Shown here: positions 26,353 through 35,638 of the stretch, piece after piece
How positions within the stretch are numbered: the first letter of the stretch is position 1
How the letters are laid out: every line of letters begins with the position of its first letter
Source of the DNA: a virus
Taxonomy: Duplodnaviria > Caudoviricetes
IMG/VR virus record: IMGVR_UViG_3300021400_000686
Span: 24,333-88,332 of that record
Strand: one strand, 5' to 3'
DNA: 64,000 nt
Notes under the pieces: model-generated
What the model was told of the DNA's origin: nothing
Databases searched by the model: none
What the model saw: the letters and a program-made list of their open reading frames with translations, nothing else
Made by a program: the position numbers and the translations under genes

Positions 26353-26875
26353 TTACATTACCTTAACCTTACTACGCATCGCTTTGCTATGCCACTACAC
26401 CACAAGACGATTCCATTCTTCGCCATACCAATACAAAGCCTTTACGTTACCACGCTTTACTTCACAACGCAGAACCTTCGCGTTACCATACTCGGCTTCA
26501 CCACATACTACTTCACCGATACGTAGCCCCACACCGCGATACCATTCCACTGCCATTACGTAACAACACTCAACAGCAACTCGCATTACCGTTCCATAAC
26601 ATCAAATCACACGACTATACCACCGCTTCTCAATACCTCTCTTTTCATAACCAACACAAGACGATTCCATACTTCGCCATACCACAGCATTACAGATACA
26701 TTACTCCGCCGCGCCTCTCGGAACAATTTCAAAACCCAACCTTGCCTGACCGCACGTTACAATGCCATGCCTTCACTTCGCGTTACCATTCATTACATGT
26801 CCCTACCCTACCAACACAACGCCTTACCGTCCACCGCAGTACCCATAACAAAACAACACCTTGCCTTGCTATACC
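26353..26875 (-). repeat. About 520 nt 5-nt-periodic NGY-NN array, candidate guide RNA locus
   Basis: Minus strand reads GGTAT AGCAA GGCAA GGTGT TGTTT TGTTA ... GGCAT GGCAT TGTAA CGTGC GGTCA GGCAA GGTTG GGTTT ...; ends at the RBS of the RAMP-like gene. Confidence 0.8.
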
Positions 26876-26876
26876 A

Positions 26877-27635
26877 TCACTTAGCAACGGCCATAAAAGC
26901 CTTTTCCCAGATACTCGCCTCCTTCTTTGCGAACTCAAGCTCCATCTTCATTGCCTTCACTTCATCACTCTCAATCACCTTCTCCACAATCTTATCCTTA
27001 TAAACGACCTTCTCAACCTCCTTCTCGACCTCGGTAACATTCATGCCAGCGAGGCTCGCGATCTGCTTGAACAGCGCGTTGTCAATCGACTGCAACGTCG
27101 TTTTATCAACCTTACGAGTGTAAACCGACCAAACCCTATGTGGGTTTACAAAGCACTCCTCCCCGTTAAGATTGAACCGCACGCACGTGTCCGTAATGAA
27201 CTCGCGCTTCTCGGCAACTTTTCCGATATCCAAGTACACTAACGTATCATAGAATACCTTCAGCACAAGATACCGTCCCTCGTAAATGCCACCGACAAAG
27301 AAATCATTCATCCTCTTCCCCATGATCGCTTCGCCAGCGGTTCTGTCCGTGTAGCCCTCGGCGTTTTTCATAACATTATCATTTTTCTTTTCGTCCTTCC
27401 CCTCGGGCTTTCCAGTCGATCCTTCGTACACGTAGCACCTCTTTCCTTCCGCGTTTTCTCGCTTTACAATTCCATGCGACTCAAACTGATTTGCACGGTT
27501 GTACATTACGCTCGGCGGAAACCCCGTAAGAACAGATATTTCCGAAATGGTGATTCCCTCTTCACCATATTCCTTTATCGTTTCGACGATCTTCCCCATA
27601 ACATCGTCTCCGTACTTACTCTTATTACCGCGCAC
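26877..27635 (-). CDS. Hypothetical protein with N-terminal winged-HTH-like region
   Basis: IVETIKEYGEEGITISEISVLTGFPPSVMYNRANQFESHGIVKRE. Confidence 0.5.
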   Translation of the reverse strand: MRGNKSKYGDDVMGKIVETIKEYGEEGITISEISVLTGFPPSVMYNRANQFESHGIVKRENAEGKRCYVYEGSTGKPEGKDEKKNDNVMKNAEGYTDRTAGEAIMGKRMNDFFVGGIYEGRYLVLKVFYDTLVYLDIGKVAEKREFITDTCVRFNLNGEECFVNPHRVWSVYTRKVDKTTLQSIDNALFKQIASLAGMNVTEVEKEVEKVVYKDKIVEKVIESDEVKAMKMELEFAKKEASIWEKAFMAVAK

Positions 27636-27639
27636 CTAA

Positions 27640-27852
27640 TCACCTCCGAATAATATTGTATTTCCACTGGCTATCGTTGAAAAACGAGTCGTCCATCAGA
27701 TTTTTAATTTTCCGAGCGCCGTCCGCATCGTTAGCAAAGACCTCGTGTACAACATCGTCGCTTCGCTCCACCGTTCCAACGCTAAGTGCCGAGGAAAACA
27801 CCACCCCACGGCTTTTCTGGTCGTTTGTCAGCTTGTGGTAAATCTTTCTCAT
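27640..27852 (-). CDS. Hypothetical phage protein
   Basis: ORF in operon. Confidence 0.5.
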   Translation of the reverse strand: MRKIYHKLTNDQKSRGVVFSSALSVGTVERSDDVVHEVFANDADGARKIKNLMDDSFFNDSQWKYNIIRR

Positions 27853-27862
27853 CCGTACCTCC

Positions 27863-28273
27863 TTACCAAACCCTTTTCACACCGCCGTTAATAGGCTGAA
27901 TTCCGATCGTTCCAAACTCACTGCAATCTGGCATATCTACATTCACCCCGTACGCTAAAGCCTGTCCATCCTTCAAGTCGGCCATGTCCTCTTTCCACTC
28001 TCCCGTCCATTTTGACACGTACAGGAGCTCATAAATCACGCCGTATAGCGTAAGCGTCTTGATCACATGATAGACAACTGCTTCGTTCTCGTCCTCGAAG
28101 CGCTTGACCATTTTTCGCTCATTCTCGTCGAGCCAATAAAGATATCCTTCGCCTTCGGATAAGTTCACTATATTGTACTTCTCGAACTCCGTTACAGTCT
28201 GATCTATAATTCCAAGATAACGCAGTCTTTTGACGCCCTCAGCGTGCTGTCTGTCTTTCATGATCTCCGCCAT
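27863..28273 (-). CDS. Hypothetical phage protein
   Basis: ORF in operon. Confidence 0.55.
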   Translation of the reverse strand: MAEIMKDRQHAEGVKRLRYLGIIDQTVTEFEKYNIVNLSEGEGYLYWLDENERKMVKRFEDENEAVVYHVIKTLTLYGVIYELLYVSKWTGEWKEDMADLKDGQALAYGVNVDMPDCSEFGTIGIQPINGGVKRVW

Positions 28274-28276
28274 CCG

Positions 28277-28633
28277 TTACCCCCTTGCAAAATTCTTACA
28301 CCAGAAGCCTTCGTCGAACATGTTGTCGTTGTAAAGGCTGTACTCATAAGCCACCCGAACTGTGTTCTTGTTTGGCTTGCGTGTGACTTCCATGTCGTTG
28401 TTTACGAAGAAATTCACCCCGCTTCTCGTGCCTTCGAGCATGATGTACCATCCGCTCGTCTTGCTGTCACGTCCATGAATGTCCTGAACCTTCGCCACCT
28501 GAAGCGAATAGCAACTTGTCAGATAGCAATTTCTCTGGCAAGCCTTTGTGATCTGCTCCCGAAGCTTGTCTGTCATAACCTCCGCGTCGGTAAGAAATCC
28601 GACAACCATTTCCGCGATCCCTCTATTTCTCAT
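28277..28633 (-). CDS. Hypothetical phage protein
   Basis: ORF in operon. Confidence 0.5.
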   Translation of the reverse strand: MRNRGIAEMVVGFLTDAEVMTDKLREQITKACQRNCYLTSCYSLQVAKVQDIHGRDSKTSGWYIMLEGTRSGVNFFVNNDMEVTRKPNKNTVRVAYEYSLYNDNMFDEGFWCKNFARG

Positions 28634-28836
28634 CTGTCCTCCCGATTACTTTAACAGCTCATCCGTCTCTAAATCTAAAATGTGAAGAACCTCTGGGTCA
28701 TTCATCAGAAGCCACAAAACGCTCGTTGTATAAATCTCGTGGCGTCCATTCTTGAACTCAACCTCAACTTCGTGATATTTTTTCATTTAAGCATCCTCCC
28801 ATCCAAGAATTGATGTGGGGCCGAAGCCCCACGCCA

Positions 28837-29118
28837 TTAAACCGCGTATTTTTTGAAGGGGCGCGTCACCTCCGTTTTCAGATACATCTTGTAAAGGTCT
28901 CCATGCTCCTTCTTGAAAGCAGTGGTATCGAATTTGTTGCTCACGACCTCTTTGTAGTAGAGAACGAATTTGCCAGTGTCAATCACGTCGACGCCCTTGG
29001 CATCCATATCCCTTTTCAGCTCCTCTTTCAGAGCATCAGCTTTTTCCTTGAGAGAAGCGATCTCCGCCTCAATCTCCTCAATCTTACGAACACGGTTGTC
29101 AATCATCTTGTTGGTCAT
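28837..29118 (-). CDS. Small coiled-coil phage protein
   Basis: First gene after the promoter at 29186; RBS GGAGGT. Confidence 0.6.
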   Translation of the reverse strand: MTNKMIDNRVRKIEEIEAEIASLKEKADALKEELKRDMDAKGVDVIDTGKFVLYYKEVVSNKFDTTAFKKEHGDLYKMYLKTEVTRPFKKYAV

Positions 29119-29185
29119 ATCTAAACCTCCCTATTTGTGTTGGGCACCATTGCCACTCGGGGATTACCTCCCCCTTACATTGTAT

Positions 29186-29214
29186 ATTCTACCACATATT
29201 GATCAATATGTCAA
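29186..29214 (-). promoter_or_regulatory. Sigma70 promoter with palindromic operator
   Basis: TTGACA-TATTGATCAATATGTGG-TAGAAT. Confidence 0.8.
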
Positions 29215-29244
29215 TAGTTTTTGGAAAAATATTTATGTCAACTA

Positions 29245-29862
29245 TCACGACACCCTGTCCAGTCGAAAACGCTCTTGCGCGAACGACCGCAGAAAATACA
29301 GATTTGAGCACATCAGGTCGCCGTACCGATAAAACGCCCCAACGTACGCAAGCTCCCCAGACGCATCCAGAAGCACCATTTTTGACTTGATCAAGTCTTC
29401 AATGTCTAAGAGGACGCCCTTGTCACGTAAGTCGTTCACGTTGTGCACCATGTCCGAAAGGTAGAACGCAATGAACATGGCCGTATCGCTGTACTCCCTC
29501 TCTCTCGGGTCAGACGTCAACGGGATAATTCCGTTATGTGCCACCCCACACGGGCAGAGAAGCGCGAGCTCCTTCATGTATTTTAGCTCATCAGTCAGAG
29601 GAAACGGCTGTGTCATTTTCGCCCCGACACCCGCTTGCGTCGATATCCTGAAATGATAAACAACCACGTCGTCGTCCCCGAACTGTTCCGCTCGAAGCGC
29701 GTCGAGCAAATCCCCCACTCTCATGAACCCCTTCTGTATTCTTACACGATCACCCTCCGCGACCATATACCCCGCTCCGTGTGGATTCCTATCAAACATC
29801 ATCCGAATTTCAGCCTCCGTCGGCTGTCTCTTTCCCTTCTCCGACACACAAATCACGCACAT
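29245..29862 (-). CDS. Class II glutamine amidotransferase (Ntn) domain protein
   Basis: Start re-called at MCVICVS (catalytic Cys1); NPHGAG, HFRIST, AHNGII, SDT. Confidence 0.8.
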   Translation of the reverse strand: MCVICVSEKGKRQPTEAEIRMMFDRNPHGAGYMVAEGDRVRIQKGFMRVGDLLDALRAEQFGDDDVVVYHFRISTQAGVGAKMTQPFPLTDELKYMKELALLCPCGVAHNGIIPLTSDPREREYSDTAMFIAFYLSDMVHNVNDLRDKGVLLDIEDLIKSKMVLLDASGELAYVGAFYRYGDLMCSNLYFLRSFAQERFRLDRVS

Positions 29863-29956
29863 AGCTCTCTCCCTTCTGAAAAGGCCATTTCCGGCCTTTT
29901 CGCGTATCTTTCCGATATTTTTATCGCGCCACCTTTTTGAGCCGTCGGAACTGGCT

Positions 29957-30916
29957 TTATGCCACCAGTTCCGATCCGTTTGCCGTGTAAGCGTAGCGCC
30001 CACGTCCTACACCCTCAAGCTTCGCCGACATGTGAAGTCGGCACGTCTTATACTCCTCGCCCACAAGGCCCATCTGCTTTAACCAAAGGCGCATCACGTA
30101 CTTGGGGTTCTCGTACCGTGCGACGGGTTCTTCTGGCCGAGCATACCGAACCGACTTTGCGTAATTGCTCAGGGCCAAGCAGAACTGAATATAGGCTTTC
30201 AGCTTCCCCGCGTGAATTCCACCGCCCTTACCGTCAACCCAGTTGTCGAACTGGAATGCTCTAAACTCGATAGTTCCCTTCGTGAATGTTGCATGAAGGT
30301 TGAGCATGTGATACCGCGAGTTATTGTAGTGCGCCATACGTCCGCTATCACAACCCTGTGACTGATACCACACATCCGCAAGCTCTTCCATCGTCTTCGG
30401 CTTTTTGCTATTTACCGCAGAAATGAACCGAGGATCAACCACTCGACACCATCTATAGAGTCGATCGTTTCCAATACCTACCGCGTCGGCGATTAGAGTC
30501 TCGTGACCCGCCATGATGTTCGCAAGATTTCTAAGAGTCTTCGCCGTGTGTCCGTTAGCGCCAATGTGGACATGAACCCCACACCCTCGGCTCGGGGAGC
30601 TCTTCGCACCCGCCTTCCGAAGCTCTCGGACAACCCCCTGTAACGTCTCGATATCGTTGTAATAAAGGATCGGGGTGACAAGCTCACACTTGTGTTCGCT
30701 GTCCCCTTCGATCGATGAGTCATATTTCATCGACCACTTACGGCCCGTCATATCGTAGGCTATCCATTCGTCATAAGCGCCACCTACATACCGATACTGA
30801 TCTGTCCCGAAAAATTTAGCTACAACCATCGCCGCGTCTTTCCGCGTGATGTTATTCATTTCAACTTCAACGCCGATTGTCTGGCCCTTAAGATCGTCTC
30901 TAAGGTTTTTTCTCAT
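29957..30916 (-). CDS. Amidoligase (COOH-NH2 ligase) family enzyme
   Basis: GVEVEM, DSSI, ELVTP, GCGVHVHIG, RYHMLNL, TIEFR. Confidence 0.85.
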   Translation of the reverse strand: MRKNLRDDLKGQTIGVEVEMNNITRKDAAMVVAKFFGTDQYRYVGGAYDEWIAYDMTGRKWSMKYDSSIEGDSEHKCELVTPILYYNDIETLQGVVRELRKAGAKSSPSRGCGVHVHIGANGHTAKTLRNLANIMAGHETLIADAVGIGNDRLYRWCRVVDPRFISAVNSKKPKTMEELADVWYQSQGCDSGRMAHYNNSRYHMLNLHATFTKGTIEFRAFQFDNWVDGKGGGIHAGKLKAYIQFCLALSNYAKSVRYARPEEPVARYENPKYVMRLWLKQMGLVGEEYKTCRLHMSAKLEGVGRGRYAYTANGSELVA

Positions 30917-30984
30917 TTCCTAAAATCCTTTCTGGCCTAAGCCGAAACCCACTAACGAGGGAACCTCCCTCACCCGACGATTGT

Positions 30985-31026
30985 ATTCTATCACATCTTG
31001 ATCAATATGTCAATACCTATAGGTAT
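30985..31026 (-). promoter_or_regulatory. Sigma70 promoter with spacer operator and a second palindrome (ATACCTATAGGTAT) abutting the -35
   Basis: TTGACA-TATTGATCAAGATGTGA-TAGAAT; palindrome at 31013-31026. Confidence 0.8.
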
Positions 31027-31115
31027 ATTTTTTTCGAATTTTCTCACCGTCAAAAAACATTTGCCAAATCGACGCGGATATGATATAATGAACAAAATAT
31101 TGTAAGGAGGTATTT

Positions 31116-31472
31116 ATGAAAGAATCCGATTACACGGCGCGTCAGTTACAGATTATCCGTGGGGAGGTACCGCTTGACTCCGTTCGCGGGCGCGAACTTA
31201 CCGTGATCATTAAAAACGCAACCGCGCTTAACGATAAAGACGTGTTGAAGATAGCCGAACCGATGAAGTCATCACTAAAGGCTAAACAGACCAAAAGCGC
31301 ATATGATTACATCAACGAGTATTCCCAGAAGAACTACGCGAAGATTTCGGGGCTTTTCCCGCTTGATTATAAGGACAAAGTGCAAGAAATAGCATCAGAA
31401 CGCGGAATGTCGGTAAGCAGATTTGTTGTAGAAGCCGTTTGCGAAAAAGCGGGGCTTCCACTGCCAAACTAA
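31116..31472 (+). CDS. Regulator with C-terminal ribbon-helix-helix-like domain
   Basis: NYAKISGLFPLDYKDKVQEIASERGMSVSRFVVEAV; promoter TTGCCA-17-TATAAT and RBS AAGGAGGT. Confidence 0.65.
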   Translation: MKESDYTARQLQIIRGEVPLDSVRGRELTVIIKNATALNDKDVLKIAEPMKSSLKAKQTKSAYDYINEYSQKNYAKISGLFPLDYKDKVQEIASERGMSVSRFVVEAVCEKAGLPLPN

Positions 31473-31498
31473 AAAGAGTCGGGGCCAATCCCCGACTC

Positions 31499-31960
31499 TT
31501 ACTTATTCATGATATTCGCCAAGCTTTGAAGAGCTCTCCCGTGTATCAATTGTGTCCGTCTCATATAGGAGTCTGTTCGATCAAAGAAATCCTCTTCTTC
31601 GCCGAACAGCATCCTGTTCACAGTATCCCACTTTTCGCAGTCCAGATATCGGATTTGCAATACTGCCTGTTCGTCTGGATTGTCGATCATACCGATCTTT
31701 TCCTCAAACATCTCGCTTTTTTGCTTCCGTTCAGGTTCCAAGACGCTAATCATGTGTTCTATGTGTTGTTTTCTATCCAACAAGTCGGTTTCATAATCAT
31801 TGGACGGAGACGGATTTTTAGGCATGTCCGATAATGTCGGAGAACCAACCGTATACAACTTCGTCATCACGACCTTTAACCGTTGGTTCTGATTATTTAA
31901 CTTTCGGACAAGCCTTCTGTACCGTGTTAAGCTGTCTTTTACCTCAGCGACCGTTACCAT
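31499..31960 (-). CDS. ArpU/RinA-like (DUF1492) late-gene transcriptional activator
   Basis: IDNPDEQAVLQIRYLDCEKWDTV...TQLIHGRAL; lies at the end of the replication operon. Confidence 0.7.
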   Translation of the reverse strand: MVTVAEVKDSLTRYRRLVRKLNNQNQRLKVVMTKLYTVGSPTLSDMPKNPSPSNDYETDLLDRKQHIEHMISVLEPERKQKSEMFEEKIGMIDNPDEQAVLQIRYLDCEKWDTVNRMLFGEEEDFFDRTDSYMRRTQLIHGRALQSLANIMNK

Positions 31961-32316
31961 TATTCTTCCTCGCTCATCATCCCAAATGGAAACTCGTTCG
32001 ATTTCCCAGAAAAATACGCCTTTTCAGCAACCACTTCGATCTGCTTGATCCTTTCACCGTCTTGCGTAATATGCAAACGTCTTTGTAGCCGCCCTACAAT
32101 TACGATCCTGTCACCCTTGACGAAATTGTCCGAGATAAATGTTGCAAGGTCTTTCCATGCTACAATATCAATAAAATCGGACACTCTCCCACCATTCTTG
32201 TCCCTTGCCTCGCGGGTATTGACAATCGTAAATGTCGCAATCGGCGTCCCGTCGGATGTGTTAGTCGCGCGTACATCCTTCAAGAGCTTTCCCTGTAAAA
32301 TCACAATATTCAGCAT
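31960..32316 (-). CDS. ssb: Single-stranded DNA-binding protein (short form)
   Basis: MLNIVILQGKL...DFIDIVAWKDLA...KGDRIVIVGRLQ. Confidence 0.85.
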   Translation of the reverse strand: MLNIVILQGKLLKDVRATNTSDGTPIATFTIVNTREARDKNGGRVSDFIDIVAWKDLATFISDNFVKGDRIVIVGRLQRRLHITQDGERIKQIEVVAEKAYFSGKSNEFPFGMMSEEE

Positions 32317-32984
32317 TCTTCCATCCTTTCCATCATACTTTTAATCCCATACTCTTTACTTAAATGCTTGTCTAAAGTAATCCCATCGTTAATATGATAC
32401 ATTTCCTTGAATTTGTCAAACGAATTTTCAGCTTCCTCCATGTGGGCTCCACATAGCGGAAGAACCTTTTCGCCGACGGCCAGTCGCCCAATCGGGAAGA
32501 TATCCGCATGCCGTCCACAAACACAACACCGATGTGATGCCGTGCAAGCATATAAATAGTCCCCGATATCGTCAACATAGTCCAGTAGAGAAAAATCGCA
32601 CGGGATTTCCCAGTCGATTATAAACCGAACGAGGAACCTCTGGAACGACGCAACCAACGACATGCTCGCATCACTAAGACTGAACATCTCCATTTGCATC
32701 TGCAAATCCTCGGAAATGAACTTGAGCTTCATGAACTCCTTGGTCGGGTCAAGTCCCATACCAGTATAGTCTGATATTGCCCTGAGCAACGCGTAGCACG
32801 ATCTCCGTTGTTTGTCCGACAGCGATCTTGAGTCCTTAAACATCACCGTACACTCTTTGTACCCGCGTTTTATCAGTGTCCCAAAGTCGTCGCAGTGCGC
32901 CTTAATTGTCAGTTCGCCAGTTGGACTAATATCAACAATCCGACCTTTTGTTGTGTCAACAGGGCTCTTCATACACATCCTCAA
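32310..32984 (-). CDS. Putative HNHc / DUF968-like nuclease
   Basis: LSDKQRRSCYALLRAISDYTG...FSLSDASM...CCVCGR...PLC. Confidence 0.6.
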   Translation of the reverse strand: MRMCMKSPVDTTKGRIVDISPTGELTIKAHCDDFGTLIKRGYKECTVMFKDSRSLSDKQRRSCYALLRAISDYTGMGLDPTKEFMKLKFISEDLQMQMEMFSLSDASMSLVASFQRFLVRFIIDWEIPCDFSLLDYVDDIGDYLYACTASHRCCVCGRHADIFPIGRLAVGEKVLPLCGAHMEEAENSFDKFKEMYHINDGITLDKHLSKEYGIKSMMERMEEC

Positions 32985-33390
32985 TCATTATTTCGACTCT
33001 CGGTACCTCACCGTAGTATCGATTTATCACCGACTCGACAATTTGTACATCATCGTGATACGCGACCCCGTTCAGCGCATCCTCAACGACCTTCATCAAG
33101 TTGCTACTGTCGACCTTCTTTAGTGGGCGTATCTTCCCAGAGGCCATCATTGCCTTTTTCTTTTTGCTCGCGCTCGTTGGGATATCCAGATAGCCCGTGA
33201 TCTCCATTCTCAAGGCCCTGTCTCTATCAAAATACTTATCCCCACATTGTCGCTCGTACTCTACGGCGATCAAGTTTTCGTAGGTCGCCGTCGGCTTAGG
33301 CGTGTATGCCCTAACCACATTCCCCACATTTGTGAACCTTGGCCTACCCTTGCCCCTCGGCGTCCCCATAATTGTGAACTCAACCCTCAC
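32956..33390 (-). CDS. rusA: RusA-family Holliday junction resolvase
   Basis: GTPRGKGRPR...KKVDSSNLMKVVEDALNGVAYHDDVQIV. Confidence 0.88.
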   Translation of the reverse strand: MRVEFTIMGTPRGKGRPRFTNVGNVVRAYTPKPTATYENLIAVEYERQCGDKYFDRDRALRMEITGYLDIPTSASKKKKAMMASGKIRPLKKVDSSNLMKVVEDALNGVAYHDDVQIVESVINRYYGEVPRVEIMIEDVYEEPC

Positions 33391-34246
33391 CTTTTAATAA
33401 ATCTCTCATTTCCGCAAATCTGTCGTTCGCTTTTATTTTTCGCCAACTCTTCCCAGACAGCTTGAACTCAATCGGATAGCAAACCTCAAATATTCTGTCG
33501 TACAGTCTCCGATACCTCATGTCCTGTTCGTTTTTCATCTCGGCGAAGCTAATGTTCGTCGTGATAATCATCGGAAGCTTCGAACGATACCTTTGATCAA
33601 GGATGTCAAAAATCTTTTCCATCGCGTACTCGGTATCTCGCTCCGCCCCGAAGTCGTCGAATATCACAAGGCTTGAACTTGTTATCTGATTGAGAATGTT
33701 CCGCTCTTCCTCGGAGCCTTGCCTTACGATGCTTAAAATCCTCGCGAACGATGTCATTAGCACCGTCGTCCCTCTTTCCATAAGTTCGTTGGCAATGCAC
33801 GCACTCGCGAAGCTCTTACCAGTCCCCACATCACCGTAAAACAAAAGTCCTTGGTTCTTCTCTTTGAAAATTGGAAACGCTTCGACGTACCTTTTGCAAT
33901 ACTTCAAAATCTGCAAGTTATCGTCGTTGACCTCGAACTTGTCAAATGTTGCGTCATTGTATTTGACGTCAATCATCGAAGACAGCTTCATTCGGCGAAC
34001 CATGTTTTTCCGCGCTTCCTCTTCACTGGCCTTCTGTGCTTCATAATAGGCGATTTCATCGCATTGGCACGAGCACGGTACCTTTATCGTCTTCTTATTG
34101 AAAAACGTCACAAAGCGTTCTTTTTTGCGCCCACAGACCCCACAGTAAAGCAGTCCGTCCTCTCTTACCTCATCGCCTTCTCTATGAACCATGTTCTGAT
34201 ATCCTTTTTCCACAATTCCGCCAATTGCGCCCGCAACGTCGTTCAT
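33380..34246 (-). CDS. DnaC/IstB-like helicase loader ATPase
   Basis: CxxC...CxC Zn motif; GLLFYGDVGTGKS; LVIFDDFGAE; ITTN. Confidence 0.88.
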   Translation of the reverse strand: MNDVAGAIGGIVEKGYQNMVHREGDEVREDGLLYCGVCGRKKERFVTFFNKKTIKVPCSCQCDEIAYYEAQKASEEEARKNMVRRMKLSSMIDVKYNDATFDKFEVNDDNLQILKYCKRYVEAFPIFKEKNQGLLFYGDVGTGKSFASACIANELMERGTTVLMTSFARILSIVRQGSEEERNILNQITSSSLVIFDDFGAERDTEYAMEKIFDILDQRYRSKLPMIITTNISFAEMKNEQDMRYRRLYDRIFEVCYPIEFKLSGKSWRKIKANDRFAEMRDLLKGEG

Positions 34247-34262
34247 TTTCTACCCCTTTGCT

Positions 34263-34709
34263 TTATTGGAACGGAAGCCCATCATCGTCAACATTGTCTG
34301 GGATCGGCATGAAGCCGTCATTGTCTTTGACGTTCTTCATCCCATTCTTGCGTCTGCGGTCTTCCAATTCGTCCTCCGTCAACGAACCAGTTCCTTTTGA
34401 CTCGCAAAACTCGTGGTTGTTTACGATAACGTCCGTTGTATATACTTTCCTTCCCTCGTTGTCGGTATAACTTCCCGTCTGTATCCGACCAGTGACCATT
34501 ATCTTTGTCCCCTTGGAAAGGAATTTCTCCGCGAACTCTGCCCCTTTATCAAACGCAGTACACGAAATGAAGTCGGCACTCTGTTCGCCCTCATTTCTTT
34601 TTGTCCTACGGTCTACGGCGAGAGTATACCTTGCAATCGCCATTCCGCCCTGTGTATACCTTACCTCTGGGTCTTTAGTTAACCTTCCGCATAAAACAAC
34701 TAAGTTCAT
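34263..34709 (-). CDS. ssb: Single-stranded DNA-binding protein
   Basis: MNLVVLCGRLTKDPEVRYT...GRIQTGSY...acidic tail DDDGLPF. Confidence 0.93.
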   Translation of the reverse strand: MNLVVLCGRLTKDPEVRYTQGGMAIARYTLAVDRRTKRNEGEQSADFISCTAFDKGAEFAEKFLSKGTKIMVTGRIQTGSYTDNEGRKVYTTDVIVNNHEFCESKGTGSLTEDELEDRRRKNGMKNVKDNDGFMPIPDNVDDDGLPFQ

Positions 34710-35599
34710 TTTTCCCCCTTAATTCCATATGGATCATCCTCGTCAAAACCCCACGTGTCCGTTGGTACGTCATTTTTTAAGTAGTCCGTGAATGGCGTAT
34801 CCGCAGAAAAGAATGTCGACGGATGTTTAATATACTTTTCTGGCGTGTGTGCTTTTCTGCACTCGTCGGCGTACGCCCTCACCGCTTTCTCTAACTCGTC
34901 GTCACTCCAACCGCTTGATATTCGTGCTTTATACGCCTTATAGGCCCTTCCCTTATCCTTCTTCCTTGGATAGAGCCTCCACACCTCCTCAAAACGGTCA
35001 GAGTAACTTGCGCTTTTTTCTTTTGCGCATGATGCGTCTTGCGCATTTGCGCACTCTTCTGTTGCGCAATCATCGCTTTTGCGCACTTGCGTTGCGCATA
35101 TATTATTATTATTCTTATTCTCTATATCTTCTTCTTTATCTGTACCGTTACGTAACGTTACATTTTCCGTTACATCTTCTAAGATGGCCTCCTTTTTCCG
35201 TTTCCTGTATTCGCTAACGCGTTTCCTTGTCTGCTCCCGAACCCTTTCAAGGCTCGCCGTGTTCTGGTATTTCTCCCAGTTAGAAACCATGATCAACGAG
35301 TCCACTATCTCAATCATCTCAAATTTCTCGAAAAGACTGAGGGCCATCTGGACTGTTGATATTGGCCTATTGAACTGGGCGGAAAGCAGTTGATCGGTAT
35401 ACGCTATGTCTTTCGTGAAATACACAAGACCACCGTCATTTATCTGCCCCGCTAAAGCCAACAGCTTAAACCATATCACTATCAGCGTATCACCGTTCGG
35501 CATGCATTCGATCTGCCGTATCTTACGATTATCGAACACATCGGTCATCAATTTAATCCACTTTACGTCTGCCATTTCTGCCCCCCTCTCGCATGGCAA
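34706..35599 (-). CDS. Phage replisome organizer / replication initiator
   Basis: VKWIKLMTDVFDNRKIRQIE...WFKLL; C-terminal FEEVWRLYPRKKDK...YIKHPSTF. Confidence 0.85.
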   Translation of the reverse strand: MPCERGAEMADVKWIKLMTDVFDNRKIRQIECMPNGDTLIVIWFKLLALAGQINDGGLVYFTKDIAYTDQLLSAQFNRPISTVQMALSLFEKFEMIEIVDSLIMVSNWEKYQNTASLERVREQTRKRVSEYRKRKKEAILEDVTENVTLRNGTDKEEDIENKNNNNICATQVRKSDDCATEECANAQDASCAKEKSASYSDRFEEVWRLYPRKKDKGRAYKAYKARISSGWSDDELEKAVRAYADECRKAHTPEKYIKHPSTFFSADTPFTDYLKNDVPTDTWGFDEDDPYGIKGEK

Positions 35600-35638
35600 C
35601 GCCTACATGTCTGGGGCGGATAAACCGCCCCACCAGTA

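Noticed and set aside
26353-26875. CRISPR array
   Set aside because: No constant 23-47 nt repeat alternating with unique spacers, and no cas1/cas2; the periodicity is 5 nt.
26248-27242. ORF calls over the pentamer array (26248-26526, 26395-26586, 26742-27242, 26767-27003)
   Set aside because: Composition mirrors the nucleotide bias, no RBS was seen, and a 5-nt period is not codon-based; treated as spurious, although short translation cannot be excluded.
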